64,000 bases of DNA. Origin: Malacoraja senta (Eukaryota). Numbering within the stretch: the stretch's first letter is position 1; each line of letters opens with the position of its first letter. Shown here piece after piece: positions 1 to 11,366 of the stretch. Position numbers and translations under genes: made by a program. The DNA lies in assembly GCA_038087875.1 (NCBI GenBank), contig CM075998.1, positions 1,738,001 to 1,802,000 on the forward strand. Direction: 5' to 3'. The notes under the pieces were generated by a model, which saw only the letters and a list, made by a program, of their open reading frames with translations, was not told the DNA's origin and did no database searches.

Positions 1-406
1 GATCCAACTGATCTCTGCTGATGTTGAAAGTTCACATGAGCCTCCTGACACCCATCTTCATCAAAGCTCCTCAGAATATCCTTGATTCCCCATTTCTTTA
101 TCTCCCCTTAACCACATCTTTGCTGTTTATTTCAACGATGCCTTTCACGTTCTCTGGGTAAAGAGAACTCTAAAGAGTTTCAATTATTATATAGCCGCCA
201 GTTCCGATCTCAATCGCAAGTGAAAACTTCCTTTCAACTGCTGCCCTGTGAACACCTTTGATTATCATAAAGACCGCTATCACATCATTACCATGGCCTG
301 CCTGCCTCTTTATCTCCAGTCAATGGGGAAAGAGCCCTAACATGTTTACCCTTCTGCATAGAATCAACGTATTCTCTGATGTCCATGTCCATTAGGCAAG
401 CCTTAC

Positions 407-605
407 CTTCTGGAAGTTACGATCCCAATTTTGATGCAACTTTTTGAAGTCTGGAACAGATTTTACTTTGAACTTTTTCACCGGCACAGGTAGTCTGCTA
501 CCTTGCTTGGTAGCTTCTTTCTCTGGCCTCACTGGTTCCGGACGGTTCTCTTTGTTGGCCTCAGTAAGTTTTACAGATCGAGCTTTGTGAGCAAGACTTG
601 TATTT
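407..605 (-). CDS. TROAP: Coding exon 2 of a probable tastin (trophinin-associated protein)-like gene; the gene continues left beyond the window
   Basis: Pyrimidine-rich acceptor ttttctttctggtttctgggcag| and donor CAGAAG|gtaagg. The 199-nt exon is open in the phase set by exon 1: (R)NTSLAHKARSVKLTEANKENRPEPVRPEKEATKQGSRLPVPVKKFKVKSVPDFKKLHQNWDRNFQK. It has a KEN box, an SRLPV motif and DFxxxHxxW, resembling fish tastin N-termini as I recall them. TROAP neighbours C1QL4 in human. The exon is well supported; the gene name less so. Confidence 0.7.
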
Positions 606-1017
606 CTGCCCAGAAACCAGAAAGAAAATCCTTATTTTGTGGCAAATCACATAGCACACAATACCAAAACAAAATGGGTGCATTTTACTATTTTTTTCAG
701 GCAACAAATTGTTTACTGCTGCCTTTGACAATCAGGAGACCTATGAATCAAGATGGAGGTTGATGACTAAGAATTGTTGTACAGGATGAAATGAAAGTTT
801 ATTGACCCATAATTGCATCTGCTACTTGCTCCACAGATGCTGCCCAACATGTCGAGGATTTACAACTTTCTATATTTTTTCCAAGTTGCCCTATATGTGC
901 AATCCATGTACTTTTGAAAACCTATTCCAGATGTTCTCTGTATATGCCACACAGATATCAAACAGCACACCACACACAATTCAACATCTGCTGCACTACC
1001 AAGGTCTACAACAGCTT

Positions 1018-2390
1018 ATAGATAGATAGAATCTTTATTTGCCACATGACCAGGGTTGGTGGTATTTGGGTTCGGTACATGATGGTACACTGCTTAACAC
1101 TAATAACAACACAGATCATAATAATAAAGTGCATCCATACCACATCACAAATCACAAATCTCACCAACAATACATAGTGCAAAAGAACAGACAAAAACCA
1201 TAGACAAGACACTGTATACATCAAAGTCAAAAAGTTATTGGAGGGAATTAAGTGTTCTTATTGCTGAGGGGAAGAAACTGTTTTTAAAACGGGTGGATTT
1301 TGTAGCAAGTGACCTAAGGCGCCTCCCTGAAGGGAGAGACTGGAAAAGGTGGTTTGCTGGATGGGAGGGGTCCGAGATGATCTTTGTTGCCCGTTTTGAG
1401 GTACGTTGGAGGTAAATGGAATGGATTGAGGGGAGGGGAGAGTTGATGATCCTAGAGGCCTTGGAGACAATGCGCTGTATTCTGTGTAGTGAATGACTGT
1501 CAGTGTTTCCGTACCAGACTGTGATTGAGGAAGTGATGATGCTTTCAATGATGGATTGATAGAAGCGGACCAGGAGGTGTTTGTGGACTCTGAACTTTTT
1601 GAGCTGTCTGAGGAAGTATAGGCGTTGTTGTCCTTTCTTAATGATGTGGTCAGCATTGATGTGCCATTTTAGATTATTGCAGATATAGGTGCACAGAAAC
1701 TTAAATAAGTTCGTGGAGGTTATGGGATGGGAGTCGACATGGACCGGGGGTTTGAGGTTTTGTTTGCGTCTGAAATCTATGATGGTTTCTAAGGGTTTTG
1801 AGGTGTTAAGCTGGAGGTTGTTTTCTGCGCACCATTTGACTGCGCTATCCACTGTTTGATGGTATTGTGATTCATTGTTGTCTGAGATGAGGCCAATTAT
1901 TGTTGTGTCGTCTGCATATTTGAAAATTTTAACTGAGCTGCATTGGGATGTGAGGTTGTTGGTGTAAAGTGAGAAGACCCGAGGTGACAGAACGCACCCT
2001 TGAGGGGCTCCTGTATTGAGAGTCAGAGGGCTGGAGAGTTTTTCACCCACCTTGACTCTTTGTTGTCTGTTTGTCAGAAAATGTAAAATCCAATGGCACA
2101 TGGCTAGGTGAATGCCCATGTCCAACAGTTTATTGTAGAGTTTAATTGGGTGTATAGTATTAAAGGCCGAGCTAAAATCTATAAACAGGATACGTGCATA
2201 AGTGTTCGGTGATTCCAAATGATGTAGGGAGTAGTGAAGAGCTAAGTTGATAGCATCCTCCACAGACGCTGTATGCAAATTGAAAAGGGTCCATGATGGG
2301 GACACTGTATGTTTTCAGATGGGTGAGGACTATGTGCTCAAAGGCCTTCATGGCAACTGATGTTAGTGCAACAGGTCTAAAATCGTATGC
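1018..2390 (-). mobile_element. 5'-truncated Rex1/Babar-type non-LTR retrotransposon (RT C-terminal half, 3'UTR, (CTAT)n tail)
   Basis: ORF 1235-2305 has RT motifs (FIDFSSAFNTI, GAPQGCVLSP, YADD) and a C-terminal HPAN..LPSGRR..FFP motif. The upstream DFRPVALTS segment is in another frame (frameshift near 2265). Confidence 0.9.
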
Positions 2391-2632
2391 TACCCAAGTC
2401 CGATATAAAGGGTTAAGAGCTGCTTCAGCATAAGTTGCAGGAAAGCCAATGTTATCTGGTCTACCAGCATGGATTCAGAAGAAAAGTTCTTCTGGCTGGT
2501 AAGTCCTCAACCTTCAGCTATGCCAAACATAATTTAGCAGATGGAGACACAAGGAACTGCATCATTGGAAAACATGGATACACAATGTTTCAGATCAGTC
2601 TGAAGAAGGGTCCCAACCTGAAACGTTCCCAA

Positions 2633-4310
2633 GCCGGCTAAGTTGCATCCCAGAGTACTTAAATGAGATGGAGGAACTGAGTGAAATCCAGGTTAGCCGG
2701 GAAGTGGTGTTAGGTAAATTGAATGGATTAAAGGCCGATAAATCCCCAGGGCCGGATAAGTTGCATCCCAGAGTACTTAAGGAAGTAGCCGCAGAAATAG
2801 TGGATGCATTAGTGATAATTTTTCAAAACACTTTAGATTTTGGAGTAGTTCCTGAGGACTGGAGGGTAGCTAATGTAACCCCACTTTTTAAAAAGGGAGG
2901 GAGAGAGAAAATGGGGAATTACAGACCAGTTAGTCTAACATCGGTGGTGGGGAAAATTCTGGTCGGTTATTAAAGATGGAATAGCAGCACATTTGGAAAG
3001 TGGTGAGTTCATTGGACAAAGTCAGCATCGATTTATGAAAGGTAAATCATGTCTGACGAATCTTATAGAATTTTTCGAGGATGTAACTAGTAGAGTGGAT
3101 AAGGGAGAACCAGTGGATGTGTTATATCTGGACTTTCAGAAGGCTTTCGACAAGGTCCCACATAAGAGATTAGCATACAAACTTAAAGCACATGGTATTG
3201 GGGGTTCAGTATTGATGTGGATAGAGAACTGGCTGGCAGACAGGAAGCAAAGAGTAGGAGTAAACGGGTCCTTTTCAGAATGGCAGGCAGTGACTAGTGG
3301 GGTACCGCAAGGCTCAGTGCTGGGACCCCAGCTATTTACAATATATATTAATGATCTGGATGAGGGAATTGAATGCAACATCTCCAAGTTTGCGGATGAC
3401 ACGAAGCTGGGGGGCAGTGTTAGCTGTGAGGAGGATGCAAGGTGACTTGGATAGGTTGGGTGAGTGGGCAAAGGCATGGCAGATGCAGTAAAATGTGGAT
3501 AAATGTGAGGTTATCCACTTTGGTGGCAAAAACAGGAAAGTAGACTATTATCTGAATGGTGGCCGATTAGGAAAAGGGGAGATGCAACGAGACCTGGGTG
3601 TCATGGTACACCAGCTATTGAAAGTAGGAATGCAGGTGCAGCAGGCAGTGAAGAAAGCAAATGGTATGTTAGCATTCATAGCAAAAGGATTTGAGTATAA
3701 CAGCAGGGAGGTTCTACTGCAGTTGTACAGGGTCTTGGTGAGACCACACCTGGAGTATTGCGTACAGTTTTGGTCTCCTAATCTGAGGAAATACATTCTT
3801 GCCATAGAGGGAGTACAGAGAAGGTTCACCAGACTGATTCCTGGGATGGCAGGACTTTCATATGAGGAAAGACTGGATAGACTCGGCTTGTACACATTGG
3901 AATTCAGAAGACTGAGGGGGGATCTTATAGAAACTTACAAAATTCTTAAGAGGTTGGACAGGCTAGATGCAGGAAGATTATTCCCGATGTTGGGGAAGTC
4001 CAGAACTAGGGGTCACAGTTTAAGGATAAGAGGGAAGACTTTTAGGACCGAGATGAGGAAATCATTTTTTACACAGAGAGTGGTGAATCTGTGGAATTCT
4101 CTGCCACAGAAGGTAGTTGAGGCCAGTTCATTGGCTATATTTAAGAGGGAGTTAGATGTGGCCCTTGTGGCTAAAGGGATCAGGGGGTATGGAGAGAAGG
4201 CAGGGATGGGATACTGAGTTGGATGATCAGCCATGATCATATCGAATGGCGGTGCAGTTTCAAAGGGCCAAATGGCCTACTCCTGCACCTATTTTCTATG
4301 TTTCTATGTG
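2633..4310 (+). mobile_element. 5'-truncated, decayed CR1-clade LINE (RT region and 3'UTR)
   Basis: Consecutive ORF pieces with [46 protein letters not shown] and RVVNLWNSLP. Stops at ~2971 and ~3489, frameshift near 3440, (ttctatg)n tail. Confidence 0.95.
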
Positions 4311-4489
4311 CTTCAACCCATATTTGCTACTACCTGGTTCGCAGGTGGTAGAAACCACCTGCTGCTGCAAGGGCCAAGACAAGATTATTTTTTTTTGTAG
4401 AGAGAAGGTACAACATACCTGCTCAAATAGCCATCTTCGTACCATTTTTAAAAAGTTTTTGTCCAATATCAGCTGCAACTTGATTGATA

Positions 4490-4885
4490 ATACCTTGGAA
4501 TGGGAGGTGGTGTATTTGAGTCCCAGAACAAAATGTCAAGCTTAAAATATAAACATTTGTGCTAATACTAAGGCAGCGCTACACGCTTGAAGATGTAGTC
4601 TATCGCATGAAATGTTGAACTCTTTTACTCTTCTGGGGGACACAACAGATCCCACAGCATTGTTTAAGAACAAGAGGATAACTACACGATGTCCTGGCCA
4701 TTACAAACATTAAAAAAAAATACTATATTTGGCCATCTCCCCACTGCCATTTGTGGCTAATTTGCTGCACACAAATAACCTTCAGCATTTTACATCTCAC
4801 AACATGACTACATTTCTGAAGCACTCGTGTGATTGTTAAATGCTCTGGTGAACACTCCGACGTTGGGAAAGGTGCCAATTAAACC
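4490..4885 (+). mobile_element. Ancient Deu-domain SINE (SacSINE1-like), degraded
   Basis: Resembles the reverse complement of the segments at 37620-37950, 40600-40830 and 47800-47930 (ttgctgcacacaaat..acaacatgactacatttctgaag); family name from recall. Confidence 0.5.
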
Positions 4886-4929
4886 CAAATCTGTCTTTTT
4901 TTTAAATGTCAGCACAACCCAAAGCCGAG

Positions 4930-5435
4930 GGACAAACTAGGCCCACACTTGAACCACGGGCTGTTGTTCTCCTCGGGCGCCACCTCACCTGGGAGCCGCC
5001 GGCGCCGGACTCCGAGGGTTCGCTTTTCTGAAGGGCGCTGCCATGGCGAAGCTTCCTTTTTCTTTCGTAAAGTGGGGCGCTCCGGTTTCAAACTCCCCTC
5101 TTCTTCTTGTTGTTTGGGTCACGGTCGAGCCCCGGCAGAGGCGTCCGCTGCAACCGGCCCTGTCCGCTCGACCCTCACAGCTCGTCGTGCCCTGCAACCG
5201 GCCCTGCCCGCTACTGCTGTCGCCGTCCGCTGCGACCGGCGCTACCCGCGCTACTGTCGTCGTCCGTCCGGCCGCAGCCGCTTGAATCGGTGCGTAAAGC
5301 AAAAGCAAACCCACCATTGGCCCCGCTCCGCCTCCAAACTGTCCAATTCCGTGGCGCGGAGCAAAAACATCTCCATGGCAACCGGCTGCCGAGTGGGCGG
5401 CGCGAACTTCTCCTCAGTTTAAACTCACGGCGGAA
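4930..5435 (-). promoter_or_regulatory. CpG island, 5'UTR and promoter with CCAAT boxes, CHR-like, E2F-like and RFX X-box-like motifs
   Basis: Most strongly CpG-dense stretch in the window. ATTGG 5316-5320, CCAAT 5343-5347, CTTGAA 5281-5286, TTTGAA (minus) 5087-5092, TTTAAA 5418-5423, GGCGCGAA 5399-5406, ATCTCCATGGCAAC 5369-5382. Confidence 0.7.
4989..5044 (-). CDS. TROAP: Coding exon 1 of the same gene (MAAPFRKANPRSPAPAAP-R)
   Basis: Strong Kozak gccATGG at 5044-5042 inside a CpG-rich island; donor CCCAG|gtgagg. The 56 nt (phase 2) join exon 605-407 exactly in frame. Confidence 0.7.
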
Positions 5436-5482
5436 ACAATGCAGAGAAACGCCCAGCAGGTCAGTCAGCGTGTGTGTAGGCA

Positions 5483-5574
5483 GGAAGGGGGAAGGGGGAA
5501 AGGGGGAAAGGGGGAAAGGGGGAAAGGGGGAAAGGGGGAAAGGGGGAAGGGGGAAGGGGGAAGGGGGAAGGGGG
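5483..5574 (+). repeat. Purine tandem tract (GGGGGAA/GGGGGAAA)n
   Basis: Directly visible run of G4-5 blocks separated by AA/AAA. Confidence 0.95.
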
Positions 5575-5642
5575 TGCTGGTTTACACCGAAGGCAGACAC
5601 AAAATGTTGGAGTAATTCAGTGGACTCAGTCCCCGCTGAGTA

Positions 5643-7055
5643 ACATAGAAAATTGGTGCAGGAGTAGGCCATTCGGCCCTTCGAGCATCTTATTCAATAT
5701 GATCATGTAGCAATGTTACAACATTTTGAGATTTAAAAAATCAAGTCTGCAATTTATCCCATCAGATAAAGCATAAAAAGAAGTTTAATTTGACACCTAA
5801 TTCACTTTCATATCTTCAGTATTAAAACAGTTATGGCCATTTTCATACTCTGAAATTAGCATCTTGTTCCCTATTGCTTTTCCATTGACTAAACACAAAA
5901 GCTGTGATCGAGGACAGTCAAAAGCCCATAACTTTCTTAAAAATTAAGAGAACTTAATGAAATGTTCAGTTATTATAGATTGAAGCATTCTGAAACAAAT
6001 ATGAAACAATCTTACTTGGATGACCTGAAATTAAAGCATATAATTAGCTAGTTACCCAATTGTAGCTAATTACAAAATTCAATTACTAGATCTAAATATC
6101 TATCCATTTCTTCAGAAAAAGTTAACATTTTTAAAAAGCCTAAGTGTCCAAATAACATTCACACAAGAATTCACAATATAACATTATTTTTAAATCTCAT
6201 TGTCATTAATTTATAGGCCAAATGGAAGGAATTTAGTGTTTAATTCCTGTAAATTAATGGGCATTTAAATCATCTTGTGAGTGGGATTTTGTGGAACGCG
6301 CTGGTTTGGAACTTGCGGTTGCAGTGAATTAAACCCCAATATCGGCAGGAAAAATACTGCCGGTTGGTATATTTAAATAATCACATTTTCGCAACTTGAA
6401 ATTTTTATTAAAGGCATCCTAAGAAGCAAGTTTATATGAAAAAATAAACGGCGTACCTTGCCTTGTCCGGTGCGTGAAATCCGTCCCGTTGTCGGCGTTG
6501 ACGGCATTTGAAGATGATTTTAATTTTACTCCAACAATTAAATTATAAAGCGCTAATTTTAATAAACTTAATAAAACGGCAGTCTAAGCGATTTTTCTTT
6601 AGCAGCTAATTTACCTGACAGACATCGATTTAAATAGGCTGCCGAAAAATCGCATTTTAAACCCGCCCCCCTCTCAAAGGCGCCAAAGTCGCACACACGG
6701 GCAGTGACAGAACTGCAGCGCCGCTGAAGGTAAGTTTTGTAACATACCTAGATCATGGCTGATCATCCAACTCAGTAGCCTGTACCTGCCTTCTCTCCAT
6801 ACCCCCTGATCCCTTTAGCCACAAGGGCCACATCTAACTCCCTCTTAAATATAGCCAATGAACTGGCCTCAACTACTTTCTGTGGCAGAGAATTCCACAG
6901 ATTCATCACTCTCTGTGTGAATTTTTCTTTTCTCATCTCGGTCCTAAAAGACTTCCCCTTATACTTAAACTGTGACCCCTTGTTCTGGACTTTCCCAACA
7001 TCGGGAACAATCTTCCTGCATCTAGCCTGTCCAACCCCTTAAGAATTTTGTAAGT
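5643..7055 (-). mobile_element. CR1 LINE 3' end, split by a DNA transposon insertion
   Basis: 5643-5707 and 6751-7055 are the reverse complement of the CR1 3' end at ~3930-4300 and rejoin when 5708-6750 and one TSD copy are removed. Confidence 0.9.
5708..6750. mobile_element. Non-autonomous DNA transposon (1043 bp), hAT-like TAG...CTA termini, 7-bp TSD
   Basis: GATCATG at 5701-5707 and 6751-6757. Imperfect TIR: TAGCAATGTTACAA versus TAGGTATGTTACAA (reverse complement of the right end). AT-rich interior with no ORF of 60 aa or more. Confidence 0.85.
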
Positions 7056-7427
7056 TACTCCAGTACTTTGTGGCCATCTTGTACAAACCAGTTCCTTCCT
7101 CCACGTCGTGTTCACTCTGTCTGACCCCAGAACCTTGCATGGTTTTTTTTAACCAATTATGTTGCCAACTAAACTCCAGAATTGCACTGCAATGCTCCAA
7201 GCAAGCCTGCCAAAAATAAATTGAGGTATTAAGAAGAAAATGCTGTGTTCAATATTTTATTTCCTTTGAACATTAGATTTTTTTGAGAGTTGAGAACTAC
7301 CCAGTTATGTAGTCGCCCACGTATTCATCGGTGGCCAGCAGTGTATGCACTCTGTAGTCATTTGAATGCTTTCCAAATAATTTCTGGTAGGCTTGGAAGT
7401 GTTCTGCAATATCACAGGAAAGGTTTA

Positions 7428-7522
7428 GAGTCTGAAAAAGGGTCTCGACCTGAAACGTCGCCTATTCCTTCTCTCCATAGATGCTGCCTCACCTGCTGAG
7501 TTTCTCCAGCATTTTTGTCTAC
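7428..7522 (+). mobile_element. Penelope-like element terminal remnant (hammerhead-core repeat)
   Basis: gtctgaaaaagggtctcgacctgaaacgtc...gatgctgcctcacctgctgagtttctccagca, the same family as 52530-52629. Confidence 0.75.
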
Positions 7523-8409
7523 CCACGGTTTGGAAGGATATGGGCCAAACGTGGGCAGGTGAGACTAGAGTAGACGGGCATCTTGGGCAAGTTGGGCCAA
7601 AGGGCCTGTTTCCATGCTGTATGACTCTATAACACTATGACAATAACCAATAGTATGAGTTTACTGAAAAATGGGAGGGCATATCATAAGGTGATAAGTG
7701 ATAGGAGCAGAATTAGGCCATTCGGCAACAAGTCCACAAGTGTATCAGAAACACATGATAAATTGAGATAAAGAAGGGTGGAATGAGATTCAGAAGGGGT
7801 CTGAAACTCTGCCCTGGGTCTGTCGGATTGAATGGTGCATTTCTCTTCTGCAAAAAAAGTTGTTGATCTCACATTGCCATCACTAGATGAATATTTTCAT
7901 TGCTCTATTTACCTCTGCTTGTGATTTCATTTTGGTTTAAGTTTTACGGTCGTTCTTTCACCTTCAGACTTTTTCTTCTGAATGTGCTGATGTTTCTATT
8001 GAGAGTAACGGGTTGTGTGCCTCTCAGATTGTGCCACTAAGGGGCAGTAAAAAACCTTTTAATAGTCATTTCATAGCTCCTCTTGTAACCCTTCATCCTG
8101 TAAGAATGTTGTCTGTTTCAATGAGGTCACTGCTCGTTCTTCTAATCTGGAGAATTCACCCAAGTCTACTCTATTGCGCCTCACATGGTAAACCTGTCAT
8201 ATTGGTCATCAATCTGATGAATCTTTATTGCACACTCTCTACAGCAGGCATCTCTCTTATCAGGTAAGGAGATTCAAACTGTACAAAACACCCCAGGTGT
8301 GGCTTCACCAAGGCTGTGTAGGATTGCAAGAAGATTATGTCCACACAAGTCCTCTTGTAATAGAAGCCAATATACTATATATGTTCCTAATTACACAAAG
8401 GTCTCTCAA

Positions 8410-8582
8410 CATCGACTTTGCTGGCTTTACCTTGCACTAAACATTATTCCGTTATCATGTCTCTATGCACTGTAATGGCACGATTGTAATCACGTGTTGT
8501 CTTTCAGCTGACTGGATAGCACGCAACAGAAGCTTTTCACTGTATCTCAGTACCTGTGACAATAAATTAACTAAACTAAACT
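8410..8582 (+). mobile_element. Recurrent LINE 3'-tail fragment ending (aaact)n, probably Rex1/Babar- or L2-type
   Basis: ctttaccttgcactaaac...gtgacaataaa(ctaaa)n. Full or partial copies recur at ~16636-16830 (-), 19410-19570, 32143-32350, 45160-45272, 54030-54412 and 62485-62715. Confidence 0.75.
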
Positions 8583-10233
8583 ATCCCCTTTTCCAAAATA
8601 CTCCCCTGTTCTGTTTTGTGTATCAAGCCTTTCATTTTTCCACGTTGCATTCTCTCTGCCATGTTCTTTCCTGCTCAGCTCATGCAAATCCCTTGAGGCC
8701 ATTCTCCATCCTTCTCCCTGTTGACAAACTCAACTAGTTTTGCATGGTCAGTAAACTTGGAAATATTGCCCCATTTCCTCGATTAAATCGGTAAGGAAGA
8801 CTGTGACTAGCTGGGGCACAGGCTCTAGGCCCTCTGATAACCCTCCTGTTTTTTACTTCCTCCACTCTTTGCTTTCTGTAATAAGCAGTTCTCAATCAAT
8901 GGCAGTATATTACCCCCAGATCCACGTGCTACAACCTTGTTGACCACTGGCCTTCTAAATGCACCCTTAGGATCAAGTCCTTTTTCATTCATACCGATTT
9001 TCTCCACCATGTTTTACCCAGCCAGGCAGCTTGCAATCTCCACTACCTCATTTTTTGTTACCATTTCATTCCAATGTTTCTCCAAGAAAATGCTATGATC
9101 GTGAGCGGATAATCATCCGAATAGGATAGCGCAAAAGACAATTTGCTACATTTCTGGTAGTTCAATGAATCCAATACTTTATTGTCACATGTACTTGTGA
9201 AATGCTTTGTTTTGCATACAACCTGGTAAAATCGTGTAGCAGACCTGACCTGGGCAATACTCAAGTGTCACCATGTTTAGGCACTCACAAAGTTACAAAA
9301 GTTCACAGAGCATTCCTATCAACTGCCATCCAGCACCTATAGTCAGGATCTGAACCTGTAAGGCGGCAACTCTACCGCTGCGCCACTGTGGTCTGAAGAA
9401 GGGTCCCAACCCGAAACATTACCCATTCCTTTTCCCCAGAAATGCTGCCTGTCCTGCTGCGTTACTCCAGCATTTTGTGTCTATCCTGGAAGACTCTTTA
9501 TTTTTTTTGGGGTGGGCCTACCCTGGGCATATTATTCTTCTCCCCATCTGGCGCCTCCAGTTACTCTGTGATGAAAGATTTAGTGGGTACGTCCGACTCT
9601 CCTTCCAGTTGTGTTCTGAAAGCAGATGACAGTAGGTGCACGAAAGGACCCTTCTCCTCCATGTCCTTGTGTGAAGCTGCCTGAGGATAACATTTCTAGA
9701 TTATAAATCTGTATCAGCCAGCAGTGAATCATCTGACCGTTTTATAGCCTTCCTTGACCTCTTTGCAAAGCTGATTCACTGCTATTTTTGCTAGCACCCA
9801 ATACAAATTTATCACCCTCGGATAAATCTGGTGCACGAAGATTGTTTAAAAAAAAAAACATATTGGGAATGAGAATACGCCACGGCAGCACAGAAGAATC
9901 CCGTTTGGTTCTTCATGTCCCTGACAGTTCTCTGTCGGAACAGCCCAAAAGTGATTCCCCTCATTCTGAAGGGTCTCGACCCGAAACGCCACCTATTCCT
10001 TTTCTCCAGAGACACTGCCTTACCCGCTGAGTTACGCCAGCATTTTGTGTCTGTCTCTTGCTTCTAAGTTCTTGTTTATTTATTGAGAACAAATCACTGC
10101 CCCATCTACAGAGCATTTGAGAGGATTTATTCATGTCTTGGCCTCTGCAGAACTCTTAAAGTCCACAGATTTCGGTCTGTTTGTATCGTGTACTCATAGC
10201 AGCATCTTGAGAACTCTGCATTGGCTGAATTAT

Positions 10234-11366
10234 TTGCCCAGCAAGGATGTAGATGAAGAAATGCGAGTCGTCAGTCAAATCTGTGCACTTTTTAATGCTG
10301 TTGTTTTAATGCTGTTGTTAATGCTGTTGTTACTTTGTTTTAATGCTGTTGTTACTTTGAATAAATAGATGTTTGATGCAAAGTGCAGGAAGGAACTGCA
10401 GATGCTGGTTTAAACCGAAGATGGACACAAAAAACTGGAGTAACTCAGGGGGTCAGGCAGCATTTCTGGAGAAAAGGAATAGGTGACGTTTCGGGTTGAG
10501 ACCCTTCTTCAGACTGAGAGTCAGGGGAAAGGGAAATGAGATGTGGACGGTGATGTAGAGAGATATAGTACAAATTAATTAAAGATATGCTAAAAAGTAA
10601 CGATGATAAAGGAAACAGCCCATTGTTAACTGTGAAAACGAGTTGCAATGATGGGTGGCACCACTTTCCTTGGGCTAGTGGATGCCTTCGTTTGGAAGCT
10701 CAGAGCAGGTTCGCTGTGGATTTTACTGTTTCCACATAAGAACATTTTTGAAAATGGTCGCTGCATAGAACAATGATTGTGCAAATCTTAAATCAGGCCT
10801 GGTGGATTTTGCCAGGCGAGGTGTAGAGGCCGTGGCCCTGGCCCTGGCTTCCTCACTGCTTCAGGCCATGTGTACTCACTAAATAGATCATCGAAGAGCA
10901 GTTCAGATACCTGTGGATTGCAAACAAAAACTGTCTGTACTTCTCGCTGTGACCAAGGATAATTAATTAAAAAAATTCTGGGAAGATAAGTACCGGGAGG
11001 ATAGAAAATAATGGACATTTGAAAAAACAGGGATGGTTAGTTTGTAAAATATGTCTGGCGAAATTTGAACCTATTTGCATTCAGTCCAGCCAAATAGAGA
11101 TGAAGAAGGATTAAATCCAGATGCAAGAGAAAACAGAAGGCTCCACACATTTTGTACTAAAATGATTTATGCAGCAGATTTGAAAAATATTGACATGTTG
11201 GTAAGAGCCTCCTACTTGCAGGGACGATTGACCTGTGTGTGACAAGCCTGTGCATTGATTTTTTTTTTTGTGGAATAATTCCACAAAGTTATTCCTCAGA
11301 CACTTGCCCAGCAAGGATGTAGATGAAGAAATGCGAGTCGTCAGTCAAATCTGTGCACTTTTTAAT
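10234..11366 (+). repeat. Exact 63-bp direct repeat pair (10234-10296 and 11304-11366)
   Basis: ttgcccagcaaggatgtagatgaagaaatgcgagtcgtcagtcaaatctgtgcactttttaat is present twice, 1070 bp apart. Confidence 0.95.
10385..10640 (-). mobile_element. Penelope-like element 3' remnant with an intact hammerhead-like core (10485-10512)
   Basis: The minus strand reads CTGAAGA-A-GGGT-CTCA-ACCC-GAAAC-GTC; the flanks match the GIY-YIG-linked copy at 61511-61830. Confidence 0.75.

Noticed and set aside
1235..4217. Reverse transcriptase ORFs as a functional or novel RT system
   Set aside because: 5'-truncated, frameshifted Rex1/Babar-type and CR1 LINE copies; the overlapping alternative-frame ORFs are shadows.
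4909..5672. Multiple overlapping ORFs up to 178 aa
   Set aside because: By-products of the GC-rich island and the purine tract; only 5044-4989 has Kozak, splice and phase support.
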